DNA of 64,000 bases from Auanema rhodensis (Eukaryota; Animalia; Nematoda): contig OZ059899.1 of the NCBI GenBank assembly GCA_964057225.1, positions 12,896,001-12,960,000 on the forward strand, given 5' to 3'. Below the pieces are notes generated by a model, which searched no databases, was not told where the DNA came from, and worked only from the letters and a program-made list of their open reading frames with translations. Both the position numbers and the translations under genes were made by a program. This document shows, one piece after another, positions 40,301 to 55,931 of the stretch (position 1 is the stretch's first letter; each line of letters opens with the position of its first letter).

Positions 40301-40445
40301 TAAATTCATAATAAAACGAAAAACAGATGAACAAGGTGTATGGTATGAATGGTGTCTTAACTATAATGATAAAGATGGAAATATGAGGAATACGCCTATT
40401 CAAAATGAAAATGGTGAAAGTTACTATATGAGACTTTACAGTTAA
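37374..40445 (+). CDS. prmt-5: Protein arginine methyltransferase 5
   Basis: [65 protein letters not shown]. Confidence 0.97.
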
Positions 40446-40632
40446 TTTTGTTGTTATTACTTTGTATTTATTTACTGTTGAAAATAATGTTGTTGTTGTT
40501 ATGTTTTATATGATTCTTTTTTTTCTTAATGAATATCAATTCTTAATTTATTATTAATATATCCTGGTTTTCTTCCTTATATTTTCTATTACATTATTTT
40601 TTGACTAGTTTTAAAGACTTTATTTGCCAGAA

Positions 40633-41584
40633 ATGCTAGGCAGTGCTGGTCGCCTACTAACTTCAGAAGCATCATGCGTTTCTCAAGTACGTATGCTGGG
40701 TAGACGACAACCGAAGCAAGGAAAACCTCCAGTTTTACCTCCATCAAAGAAAGTACGTGAACTTTTGATTAATTTTCATAATTTAGGATTGTTTAGGTTT
40801 TATACCATGTTGTACATGTTCCCTGGCAAAAGCCTCAAGATGTTGAAGATCTTCTTTGGAGAAGATTAGTCTATAATAACGCTGTCACTTCTCTTCGAGA
40901 AGTTTGTTTGATATCTGGATATGTTTGGTCATAAAATATTTTAGGTTTTCCGAGCAGAAATTCAACAGAAAGCCAATGCCGGTTTGGGTCTGGATGCCAT
41001 GAGAGAGGCTGAAGAAAATGAGTTTAATGAACTCATCAGACAAAATGAAGAAAGTAATAAAAAGAGGGTATGCAAAAAAACATTTCAAATTATTTTCTTG
41101 ATTTCTCTGATTCAGGCTGAGGTTAGAGCTTTGAGAGAGCAAAAGGAATGGAAACAAACTCAATCCCTTATCTTGGAGGAGATTGACCAAACTCTTCAGA
41201 AACAGAAGGAACAAAGAAAGGAAGCTGCTGCTGAGGTTTGGCAATCAATAGAAACTTGTTCTAATTCTATATATTAAGGTTCGAGCTGCCATCAATAAAA
41301 GCCGAGATTTTATTACTCGGGATAATCTTGTAGAAAATATAGTTAACGCATTAGATAGTCCAGTAGTTTATGAATTTGCTATTAACAGAAAGGGAGAGAA
41401 GGTAGCAAATAAAACGTTTGAAACAGCTCTTCAATGCAATTTTCAGTTCTATGATCCTACTCCAATGAAATATCAGGATGGAACTCCAACCCGTCAAAAG
41501 GGTAGATTATATGATAAAACTCTAGGTGGACCTAAGATCCTTACACCTGTAGGCGAAGAGGTAGAGAAGCAGGAAACTCAGTAA
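40633..41584 (+). CDS. mrps-26: Mitochondrial small ribosomal subunit protein mS26
   Basis: Presequence, KPPVLPPSKKVLYHV, coiled coil, FITRDNL...ALDSPVVYEFAINRKG. Confidence 0.82.
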
Positions 41585-41885
41585 CATTTGCGCTCTGCTA
41601 TGATTTTCGCTTTACCATTTTGATAGTGTTCTTCTTGTTACCTTGTTATCAATAGAAGTTTTGTTCACCCCTTTCACACACACACACATACGTAGTCTGT
41701 TTGGATTGTAGATACATTGTAGTCTTTGATTGTTCTTTCTTATCTTAACATATGTCGCGTTGTGTGATTTGTTACCTTGTTTTAAAGTTTATTCATTTTG
41801 CTAATTATAAAATTATTTTATTTCTCTGGGAAATCCCTTACTACCTTTGTTATCTCTTAGCAGATCACTTACTTTTTTGCAGCAT

Positions 41886-43316
41886 ATGCAATCATATGTG
41901 GCAGAAATAGGTGAAATCGTTAGAGCTCATAGAAGAGATCAGGACGAACTTGATTTAATCCAAGAAAGATTATCTAATGTTTGTTTATTTCAATTTTCAT
42001 AAAATCAATGCTCTTGCGGTTGTAGATTATCAAAGAGCTTGGAGGTCAAAGACTTTGGCTAAGGTTATTTCCATTTCTGCCGTCAATTTCGAAAGTTTTA
42101 TATTACTCTTGTACAACATTAGCAGGTAAAATTGTTGAAATTTCGTGTCTTCTTAAATTCTTATAAAATAGGCGTTCAAACATTGGGAGAAGAGTATATT
42201 CATTTATTTCAAACTGTTCCTGATAAACGCATAAGCCCATCGTTTTATTCAAGATTTTTATTTGTACTTTTTCATATAGCCTTTCCTGTTCTTTCACAAC
42301 TTTTTGTACAGGTTTGTTATGATTAAGTCAACAATATTGACATACAATGATATTCAGAAAGCTCAATATAAGTTACATCATCCAGGTACTGAAACATTCT
42401 TAGGTATACCTATCGCCAATAATCGAAAAGCAAGGAAATCATTACAAGCTTTGACCGAGTGGATTAGGTAAGAACTATATCTCACTAATTGATGTGAAAG
42501 AGGGTGATGAAATCCATATTCTCATCTATTTAGATCTACTGGAATACCAGAACTAAGAAGACTTCATCTAGCGATTTTTTACATAACTGGCGTATATTAC
42601 AATATTTCCAAGAGAACAGCTGGTATTCGATATCTTTCTCTCAGTCCTCAAACTAACATTGGAGTAGGTTGAGCTACCACATTCCGCATAGTAGAGTTTC
42701 ATTAAGGCTTTGAAAGTTTATCGAATTTTGGGATATCTAACTATAGCACAGACAGCCTTATCTCTAGTATTTTTCGTTGGAAGTTCTTTAGAATCCGAAA
42801 AAAAGGCTGCGAAAGAAGCACAGAACACTACTACTTCAGTAGAAAGAGAAACGAATTTCAAGGTTTAGAAAAAATATTATAATTAGTTCTTAAAAGACAA
42901 CTTTCTTTAGAAACATAAGTGGTTCCGTTGTTCAGTTTGCCTTGAATATCGTGAACCTTCCACCACTCCCTGTGGTCACCTTTTCTGTTGGTATTGCATT
43001 CAGGTAAACTTCAATCTAAGACAACTCAAAACTAAAAATAAAGAAAAAGTAATATTTATCTAGTGGAAATTATTTTTCTGATTTTACAATACGCTATGCA
43101 ATGTAAAACGAATACTGACGTAAAAGCTGCGCACGCTTGAATTTTTTATTTAAAAATCTTTAGCAATTTACTTAATTGCTTGAATAAGTTGTGTTTTTTC
43201 TAACTATTAAACGAAACTTTCAGGAGCATTGCTTGACTTCGGAAGGCGATACTAAGTGTCCTCAGTGCCGATCAGTCTTTGAACCGTCTGAAATTGTTCC
43301 TCTGTTAAATCTTTAA
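41886..43316 (+). CDS. prx-10: Peroxin 10 (RING peroxin)
   Basis: [76 protein letters not shown]...KCPQCR. Confidence 0.95.
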
Positions 43317-43365
43317 TCAAGTAGAGTAGTCGAAACGAATTTTAAAATAGATAGAAAATAGAAAG

Positions 43366-44870
43366 ATGCTTCGAAGAACTTTCTCATCTGCTTCACAGTC
43401 TTACACATCTTTGTATTTTTCGGGCATTCAGCCTACTGGAATTCCCCATTTAGGAAATTATTACGGGTTTATTGAGCCATGGCTCAATTTACAAAAGGTA
43501 TTGCTATTGTTGGAAAAAAGTTTTTTTCAAATTCTTAATCTAGAGTTTGCCCTCAGACACAAATATGATGCTTTCCGTAGTTGATCAACATGCTATATCA
43601 GTTGGTCCTAAACCAGCTGCAGTGGTACAAAACAATTTAAAAGTTTGCCTATGTAAAATTGACTTTCAGCTTCGTGAAGATACCAGACGAATGACTGCTG
43701 GTCTTCTTGCTTGTGGCATTTGCCCAACACGAACTTTGCTCTTTAGACAAAGTGATGTTCCTCAAATTTCTCAGCTTACATGGATCTTAGGCGCTTTACA
43801 AACTGTGCCCAAGCTTCAGAGATTACCCCAGTATAAGGATAAAGCTAAAAAGTTTGTTGAACCCAGATTTTAACATTTCAAGATTCAAGGGCATTTAAGC
43901 TCTAGAACAATTTTTTAAGAAAACATGTAACAACTTTAACTAAACATTATGTTTATGTAGTATACCATTAAGGAATATATGACGCAGTTTCTATTTAGAT
44001 ATTCAAAAGGTGAAGTTCCAGTTGGTCTCCTCATTTATCCCCTTTTACAAGCAGCTGATGTCTTGATGTTCAAAGTGAGTTTAAATAAATATATAATTAT
44101 TTATGATATTTCTGCTTTCTAGGCTACTCATGTTCCTGTTGGAGCCGATCAAAGCCAGCATCTAAATTTGTTAACTGATCTTGCTATCAATTTCAATGCA
44201 AAATATGAAATTGATCTTTTCCCCATTCCAAAGCAGGTGATGAATTTAAAATTTAATATGTAAAGTCATTCAAAACGTATATAGCTAACTCGTGAAGTCA
44301 CAGCTCGTGTTAAAAGCTTACGTGAACCAGCCAAGAAAATGAGTAAATCAGATTTGAGTTCGAGATCACGTATTGATGTAAGCATATGAACTAGCAATTT
44401 CCATAAAATGTTCGTATTTAGATAACTGATTCGAGAAGTATTATTATGGAAAAGTGCAAAAAAGCTGTGAGCGATTCTGAACCATTAATTTCTTATGAAC
44501 CCGAGCAAAGAGTAGCTGTTAGCAATTTGGTATGCATCGATTTGTTTATGCAATCTTTGAACAATCTCTCGGCTTTTAGATAGATTTGTATATGGCTGTT
44601 TCTGAACAACCTCTGACAGAAATACTCTCTAAAGGGTGGAATACGATGGAGTTAAAAATTAATCTCGCTGAGCATATTAACGAAAAGTTTGGACCAGTAA
44701 GAGAAAAATTCGATAAATTGGAAAAATCCACAGATGTAAATTTGTCATTTCTATTTTCATAACAGTTTTATGCTTAGGTAGAGGATATTCTTCATGAAAA
44801 TGGCAAAAAAGCTTTTGCTATTGCCGCTCAGAATTTGGAAGAAATTCGTCATGCTATCGGATTTCTATAA
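43366..44870 (+). CDS. wars-2: Mitochondrial tryptophanyl-tRNA synthetase
   Basis: [15 protein letters not shown] (HIGH), [21 protein letters not shown]; N-terminal MLRRTFSS. Confidence 0.96.
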
Positions 44871-45107
44871 GAAAAATGATCACGGATAATTTTAAGCCAT
44901 ATCAATTGTTTTTCATGTTTTTATAGGTTTAATAAAAAAATTATAGAAATAAATACTTATTTTGCTGCATTGCATGAAATACTACTACGGTAGTGATGCC
45001 GTACGTAGGCTGCGTATATTCTGTTTCCCTTAAATGGATTTTTCGCGTTATAATGATTTTTCCTTCTTAGAGATTAATTATGCACAACTATAATATAATT
45101 TTAAGGA

Positions 45108-47752
<2,645 letters not shown>

Positions 47753-48330
47753 TCAATGTGTTCTCAAGTTTTATTCCAAATTCATATTAATTGATCATAA
47801 TCCTACTTCTTATAAGTATTTTGTATCTCAAAGTTTGTAATTTTCCTGTGATAACTTTTTCTCTTTAGAAAATGATAATCTGTTTTCTAGCTTTAGACTA
47901 AAACCACATGTAATCCTATCTGCTCGTTCTCCGGTTCATACTAATATCTCCTATATGACAACTCAGGAATAGTTTTATTACCTGGGTGATTATTTTAATT
48001 GTATATAATGCTTGTATTAATATTGCCTTAAAAAGAGATTCTAAAAATATTTTTCATCTTACTAATGGTTTACAACCAATTTTTTATTTTTTTTGTTTGT
48101 TTTTATGTTTTTAGCTCGTTGACATTCGTTCCTTAATTTGGCTAATCTGCTCTCGCATGCTAGCACTTCCCCTTGCCTGCAATTGACAATCTTAATCTCA
48201 TCATTTCAATTCTCATGGAAACGCTTCCGCTTAACATGATCCTTTGGTATGAATTGATATAAATGGGTTCGAGAAGGAGCCCGAGGGCTTTAGTCAAGAG
48301 CTGCAGTACTGCTTATTGGCTGTCTGACTC

Positions 48331-48345
48331 GTTGTCCATGGTAAC
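48331..48345. promoter_or_regulatory. X-box (RFX/DAF-19)-like motif GTTGTCCATGGTAAC
   Basis: Near-palindromic RFX-type motif about 250 nt upstream of the unc-119 ATG. Confidence 0.5.
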
Positions 48346-48593
48346 GGAGCTGTCATTCTGCCCGAATCACGAGAGAGCTAGCGTATTCTATCTATCTGAT
48401 TCTGACTTCGCATTTCTAATTTTGACATATTGCTAACTGTCTTATTTTGAATAGTTTTCCTACTTGTATGGCTTTTCTATTAGTCTTGTGAAAGCCTCAG
48501 TTTTCCCATTTAGTATTCCTGGATTCGTTTTCAAGAACACCCCTGCTTCCATTACATATCGATTGGTCAGCTTCCGCTTTTTTATAGTCCAAG

Positions 48594-49495
48594 ATGACAG
48601 CGACTGTTAATGGGTAGGTTTCCATATCACCTAACAGTTTTATAACGTTCTGTCTAATCTTTATCCTGTTTCTTCGATTTTTTTAAAATTTTGGTGAATA
48701 TTGTAAGCCTATTTCTGTTTCTCAATTGCAGGATGAAAAACGATCAACGGATACTCACGCCTGTTACAGAGGAAGAGTTGTTGGCGAAAGATAGCATTTC
48801 TCCTGATGATGTTCTACGTCTTCAAGGACCAACTGAAGGTTAACATTACATTTCATTTTGTTTTCTTAAAAATTGTTTATAGATTTTCTCTGCCCTTTAT
48901 CTGCCAATGTATTTGATATTGAGTTCACCTACTTTAAAATTCGAGATTTGGATACGGAGCAAGTCCTGTTTGAAATAAGAAAACCTCCTGGTTAGAGTTT
49001 GATGCACTTACCTTATCTTAGCTCTTCATTTAGAAGAAATAGGTGAAAAACCATCACCTGATCGATTTGTTCGTTATCGATTCTCTCCCGAATTCTTACG
49101 TTTGAAACATGTTGGAGCTACTGTTGAATTTACTGTTGGTGCGAAGCCTGTCTCAAAATTCCGGATGATCGAGAGACACTTTTTTAAGGTAAATCTATAA
49201 AAAATATAGAAAATGTATATATTATAATATTGATAGGATCGACTATTGAAAAGCTTTGATTTTGAGTTCGGTTTCTGTATTCCCAACTCCCGTAATTCCT
49301 GCGAACATATTTATGAATTCCCACAACTTAATGGTCAACTAGGTGAGAGGATGAATACATGTTGTATACGATCAATCTTATTTAGTGCAAGAAATGATTG
49401 ATAATCCATGTTGCACCCGCTCTGACAGTTTCTACTTCGTGGACGATAAACTTATTATGCATAATAAGGCTGATTATTCATATGACCTCCCCTAA
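48594..49495 (+). CDS. unc-119: UNC-119 lipid-binding chaperone
   Basis: [90 protein letters not shown]; short first exon 48594-48613. Confidence 0.97.
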
Positions 49496-49777
49496 CTGGA
49501 CATCTTTCCATCGAATTTCTTTTTCATAGCGCATAACTAACCCTAGTCCTGTTGATGTCTGTATGATCTGGTCATGTATATTTCTGATCTCAGAAAAGTG
49601 GCTTTCAAGTCACAATGCTTATAAAGTATTTATGAAAATATAAGTAAAATACAAATGAAAGACGGGGAAGTAAAACGCTTTGGTACCCATAAGAAGATAT
49701 ATAAGTTATTCTTATTTACAATTATGAGATTTCTATTAATTATAGAAGTAAGTAGAATGCAACTGATTTGTGCGCGG

Positions 49778-52700
49778 CTATTCATTTAAAGCGCTCATTA
49801 TGCGGGATTTTGCTTTTTTTGATACATGTGAAGCCACTCCAAGTAATGATATAACTTGCTTAGATGTGTATTCCTGAAATGGTTAACAAAATATTAGGAA
49901 GGAGAGAATAAGAAAACCTTATGTTGAGAAATCCACTGTTCTAGTCCACTTTCTGGTAAGTAGAAAGCTTTAATATATGCATCAACATAATCTATATAAG
50001 GGATTGGTTTGAAGCCAGAAATAGGTTCAAGCTAAAATAATTCGGTCAACTTGAAGCACTATAATCATAATAACCTTTATAAGTAGATGTTGAAAGTCTA
50101 GTTGCATCAAAGCTCTGCCCTCAGTACTACATTTCCCAGAATCACAGAAGCTAGATAATATCATATTTCGGTGACTTTTTTGCGGTAAACATACCCCTGA
50201 ACAATTGCTTTGAAACTGTAGTAAATTGCTCTGCTCCAAAGAAGATTTCGAATTTCTTTAGCGAGAAATATTTCTTTAGTCATGTTATTCACCTTGCGAG
50301 AATAGCATTCGAATTCCTGCAGCAATGCACTTTATGAAATATGATATATAATAAGAAACCTCCAGTAAAAAGTCAACGTATGCACTATGCTGACTTCTAA
50401 GATCGTTTATATCCCATTTTTGAGAAGAAATTTGCTTTGTGAGGCTAGCAAGATTCAATGAACGACTTGTAAAGGCGTCAATGACTAGATTACGAGTGAG
50501 TGGAGCAATTGCTATTCCCTACATCAAAAGTAAATGAGAAAATTGTTTTTGAAGGAAAATACCTTTGCATAAAACTTCTCCAGAGTGCTGGAAAGTTCGC
50601 CGTGTACTTCCGAAACCAAGCCTTCGATAACTGGACGAACAAGATCTAATTGACGAGCGACAAATTCTCTGAAATTATAAGATTGAATATTGCCAGGGAG
50701 TGAAAATCACATACACAGAATCCACAGCAACAATTCTTTGAGCTGCTGCAAAAAATTGATCACTAGAAGATAATTCAATCATAGGGCATAGGTCAGGAGC
50801 AATCAATCTCATCTAAAAAAAATACAGGTTATATTATATTCTGAATTTAAATACTTGTACATACCTCATCATCTTTAGGAGGTCCTATTAGCCGACTATT
50901 GATGTCAGATAACAAATTGCATATTTGTGGTGGCTTTTCACACATTTCAGTCCCATCACGACCAAAGAAATGTGAAATCTAAAATTGATTAATAGAGTTT
51001 TATGCAACTATTAATATACCGAATATAGGTAGAATTCGAATAGCTGTGTAACTGCTGGTAATGAATATTGAGAAATTGACGGTAATAAAGAAGTCATACG
51101 AATGTAACGTCCTGAAAAGAATATGGCTCAAGCGTATGTAAACCTAAACTTACCAAAAAACCGAAGGAGATTCAGAGCAGTATTACATAAATTTATGCTC
51201 GCATTATCTTCAGGCTCATCAATACTAAGTCAAATGGTGAATTATGGTCAAAATATAAAAAAAACTTACAGTTCAACTTTAGAGTAGTCTTCCATATCGA
51301 CTGAAGGAGCAGATACAACAGAAGCTGTACGCGACTAAATTTATTTTTTAAAAATTATATATGAGATCTTAGATCTTACTTTCACTTCTTCTTTGCCAAA
51401 TGGATTCACAAAGTCAAACGGAATTAGTTTGAGTTCAGGTGTATTGTGACTTAGTTCGGATATAGACGAGCACGAAGCATCGCGACCCTCTTTTAAAAAT
51501 TGAAAATCCTGAAAACAGATAGGTAATAATGCTTTTATTTCATCCAAAACCTGTAAGTCAAATATAGTGAATTGATGAGGAATGGGGCACAGTGTGAAGC
51601 ATTCATTTTCTAGAAACATGCGTAACTCTTCCATCCGTTCACAGTGATATCTTGAAAATAAACTATGACAATGCTGGATTCCGGGAAATACCTTTTAAAA
51701 TAGTTGATAGTTTGATTTTCCAAAGTAACACCTAAATTCTCTGATGCGTCTAGGAAATATAACATTCCAAAATTTCGGAATCTGAACATTAATTTCAGTC
51801 AAATAGATTCTAATGAATGATTTACCTGTTAGCTAAGTCAACAACATAAAGTATGCTATCAAATTTAAAAGCAGAAAAATCCAAAGAAGTTAATAAAGTA
51901 TCTAAAGATGTAAGCGCAGAGCAAAATACAGATCTTAGTGACTCGGTCAAAATTTTTGAAGCTAATCCCACTGCTATAAAAAAATGTTTTGGTCCCATAT
52001 CTTATTGTTTCTTACTCTCAACACCGGCTTCAAACTCTTCTTCAGAATGATAGTGTAATATGAAGTGATAAGTGGTTAGAATTTTGCAAAGTACAAAGCA
52101 TAGTTCTCTAATGGTCACTTCAACACTTGCTACAGGAATCATCTTTAAAACAAGAAAAAGAGAAAAATAATTCGGTTTTCATATGAAATACCTCGCATAG
52201 CTCTTGAAATGTGTATTCATTAAAATCCCCCGGAGCATTAAGCTTATCTGTTATTATGCTCCTGCTAGTTTTTTCAATAGTAGTCACAAAGTACTTGACA
52301 ACACAACGACATGCGATCTGAATATTTTCTCATTAACCATATGAATAAATTTTGAATACACCTCCTTCTTGTCTAGCATTGAATAAGCCGCATAAACATT
52401 AGCATATTTATCCATATCGAAAACAACCGTTAAGCTGGATAAAGCGCTATCCAGTTCTTTCTCAATGAGTATAGTAGTTTCTGCTAGTTTACTCATGAGA
52501 TCGCTTAAAACAATTTTATTAAACCTGAAATGATACTACCAAACCTTATACAGTTGAAATATTTATATGTAGTTGCAGCTTCTTTGGCTTCAATGCATAT
52601 ACGTATCGCTAATGGAAAATGCCCATCCTGTAAATTTTTAAGAGCTAATGCATAACGAATTTTGTAACTGGGAACCTCAATAGCTTCTTTTATCTGATAT

Positions 52701-53537
52701 TCTGTTTCATGCAACGTTTTGATTGTCTGCATAGTAGTAAGTAGCTTCCTTAGAAGCCTTTTCTTTTTCTCATTAGCTAGTATTGCAAGGCAAGTTTTGC
52801 TTCTTTGCTTCTCTAGCGCTAATTCACTAAATTACAAGTTTATAACATTGTAATACTATTGATAAAACCTTCTTATAACGGAAACATCCCCTATTAAATC
52901 GGACAAATCATTTCGTATGCTATCAATATCACTTAATTGTCTGTTATACGATGGTGACTAAAAGTAGAAATTAAAGCATTGCAGCGGTGTTTAATTAAAA
53001 CCTTCTCCATAATTAAAATAGAAATGCGTTTAGAAACTACTTGAAGTTGATGCTTCAACCGTAAACGTTCGCGGTCTAAATCATCCAAACATAATTCCGA
53101 ATCTAATTGCTTCTGAAGTTATCAACTGATATAAGTTTTTTTTACGAAAATGAACCTTTAATTCATAATCAATTGCGTCAAAATCATCCTCAATGAAATA
53201 AGCAGCGTCTATACTATCCATTACTTCCTGATCACTAGCGACATCTGAGCGTGCATTGACTGTTTTCTGGAAAAAAATTGTGGGGCAATACATGTTTTTG
53301 CTATTGTGAGTTGATTAATTAAATTACTTTTATATGTATAATATGAGGAACAGTCCCATCGCTTGAATTAGAACCGACATATGGGCTTAGAACATAATCA
53401 GACATATCGTCCATCTTTAAAATAAGTTTACTAAAAGAAATAAAAACTGAACGAACCCTAACATCCTCATCATTTGCATTTAAAGATTCACCCAAATCTT
53501 GGATAGTTTTTGATATGCTCTTTTTTAATTTTTCCAT
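49778..53537 (-). CDS. vps-50: EARP complex subunit VPS50/syndetin
   Basis: SIDAAYF...FDAIDYEL, RMEELRMFLENECFTLCP, KCSTEGRALMQLDFQ, YVDAYIKAFYL. Confidence 0.93.
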
Positions 53538-54172
53538 TTTAATATATTTAAGATTATTATAACTATTGCATTCTTTAAAATAACTAATATAATAGATAAG
53601 AGAATTAAGCGGACGCAAGAAGACTAGCAGTGGAGCAGCTTTTCGCCATATATAGCGTTAGCTCCGCCTACTCAAGCTGTCATCCTCTCCCGGACACGCA
53701 TTTAGGTCACGATGTGACCTCACAGATAGAAATCACGGTGGTAAAGAAGTCAAACCTATACTACTGATTATTTGATGAACACAAAAATTTTTTAAATTAT
53801 GCATTGAATTCAAATGAAGTAGTATCTGAAAAATATTTTTGCTTTGGCTAATGTCGTGTGAGAAAAAGAATAAAATGCTAATGATTCTGCCTCCCGTGTT
53901 AAACACACCACTTTCCGCCAAACCACTTTTGAAATTGAAATTTGACACTATACTGGCATAATTCCAAAAATTAAATTAAGAAACATTGCCTGATGCGCAG
54001 GTAGTTTTGATCTACCATTACTGTATGGAAACCGGCGTCGATTCCATGATGTCCTTTCATTACAGATTAAAGTTGCTGCCGATTTAGGTGAGGTTTTCGG
54101 ACCAGGTGCCAGTTAATAACTATTTTCAATTATTTCAGTTATCTCAGCTTTTCTGGTGTTTTATCCGCCATT
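53538..54172. promoter_or_regulatory. Divergent promoter region vps-50/cey
   Basis: Head-to-head genes; TTTCGCC words and an AGGTCA-N5-TGACCT palindrome at 53704-53720. Confidence 0.55.
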
Positions 54173-55192
54173 ATGTCGACCGATGCGATCGAAGTTGGAG
54201 AGGAAGCTCTCGATGTTAAGCTTAACGCATTAAAGATCGTCGATGAGAACACCGCGGTTGCCACCGATGCTAAGCCAATCAAGAAGGGCCGCTATGTATA
54301 TGACTTTTCCGTTTCGTTATTTTGAAAAAGTTTTTCTAGGTTCGTCTTACCGATGAAGAACTCCGAAAGCAATGGGAAGAGATTCAAGCCACCAAGAAGG
54401 TTATCGAGACTGGAGTTAAGGGAACTGTCAAGTGGTACTCTATTCTTGGACATTATGGATTTATCGCTCGTTCTGATAAGGAAGGAGATATCTTTGTTCA
54501 CCAGGTTGCTTTTCTGTAAAACTTTTTGCTTTATGATCTGTTTAAGAGTGCCATCACCATTTCTCGTATTGAAAAGCTTTTCCTCCGCACTTTAATGGAC
54601 GGTGAAGAAGTTGAATTCGATATTGTTGAAGGCAAGAACGGCCTTGAGGCTGCTAATGTCTCTGGACCCGAAAGAACTCCAGTTAAGGGAGCCAAGTAAT
54701 CATCTGGGTTTTTTTTTCAATATGAGTTATTCGTATAGAGCCTTCCGCATTCTTCTTGGAAACAGATTCAATCACAAGAACAGTGCTAACAAGGAAGAAG
54801 GAGACGGATCTAAGGCCGTCAAAAATGGTAAATATAAAGTGATTATCTGTTAGAAATATGGTATTTTAGGTCGCCGTCAACGCAAGCCACTTGCTGACAA
54901 AAATGGACAAAGTGAACAAGAATCTGCAGCTGGTGATGACTCTCGTCCAAATTCTCACCGTCGTGCTCGTAGACCTCGTCAGTTCATAAAGAAAGTTAAG
55001 AAAATCGATGATGAGGTAGTATTGCTCATAAAAATCTGTCTTTACATATTTTCTTACCAGGAGGAAATCGAGGAAGCCAGCTCCAGACGTAACTCTGACG
55101 AAAATGTTCCCCTTACCTCTTCTCGCTGCGATGCTGATCTTGGAAACGAGAGTGCTAGTTTAGGAGCTACTGCTGTTGATGCTCAGATTTAA
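54173..55192 (+). CDS. Y-box/cold-shock domain protein, cey-2/cey-3-like
   Basis: [16 protein letters not shown]...DIFVHQSAI...[30 protein letters not shown]; ends [10 protein letters not shown]. Confidence 0.9.
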
Positions 55193-55931
55193 AAAATTTT
55201 TTTTTATCTATCTAATGGGATTTCTTTACTTTTCTGACGTGTTTTTACACATATAGGAAATGAGTTTTTATGTCTGTTTAATACTTGTTAACTAGAGTTT
55301 GTATAGAGACGTTTATACCATATGTTGTAATGATAATGTACAGTAAATGTTCACAACCGTGAGACTTTTCTTACTGGTATTTTTCCTATGTTGCTATCTC
55401 GTGCTCCAATGCTAATATATGGCCCAGTGGCAATTGTAAAATGGAATATGTAGGAAAGAACAGTGTTTTGGATAAAATAACTTTTTTTTTTACAACAATT
55501 GGACTATTTCTCATAGTATGATTGCCTTAGAAGGGTTAAAAGTTTTAATATCTGTCTTGAACGTATTCCAATTTCACTCGTGAAGAAATCGGATGCTTTT
55601 GCGGTATACGTCATCATATTAATTGTGATAACGTTAGTGGTTGTTTCGTTACCGTTGAAATGAGTATTCGTTAATCACTTTTCATATTCTGCTTAAAAGT
55701 ATTTTTTTTTGTTTTTGTCGTTTTGAATTTATTTGGTCAATTCGTAATATTGTCTTCTGGCTTAATCAATTGGCCAATTTTAATCATAAGTTTTTGCTGA
55801 ATTTGTTTTGCACCCCGTATACCTTTTCATAGCGTTGTCTCACACTCTGTTTCCCTTGATTCCTTATTGAGTTTGTAGCTGATTTTATTTATTTTTATTC
55901 CAGGTCTTTTGTTTCGTAGTAGTTAGTCAAG

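Noticed and set aside
43314-43366. Stop-codon readthrough or frameshift fusion of prx-10 into wars-2
   Set aside because: The 49-nt spacer is out of frame and the wars-2 frame has TAG stops at 43327 and 43348
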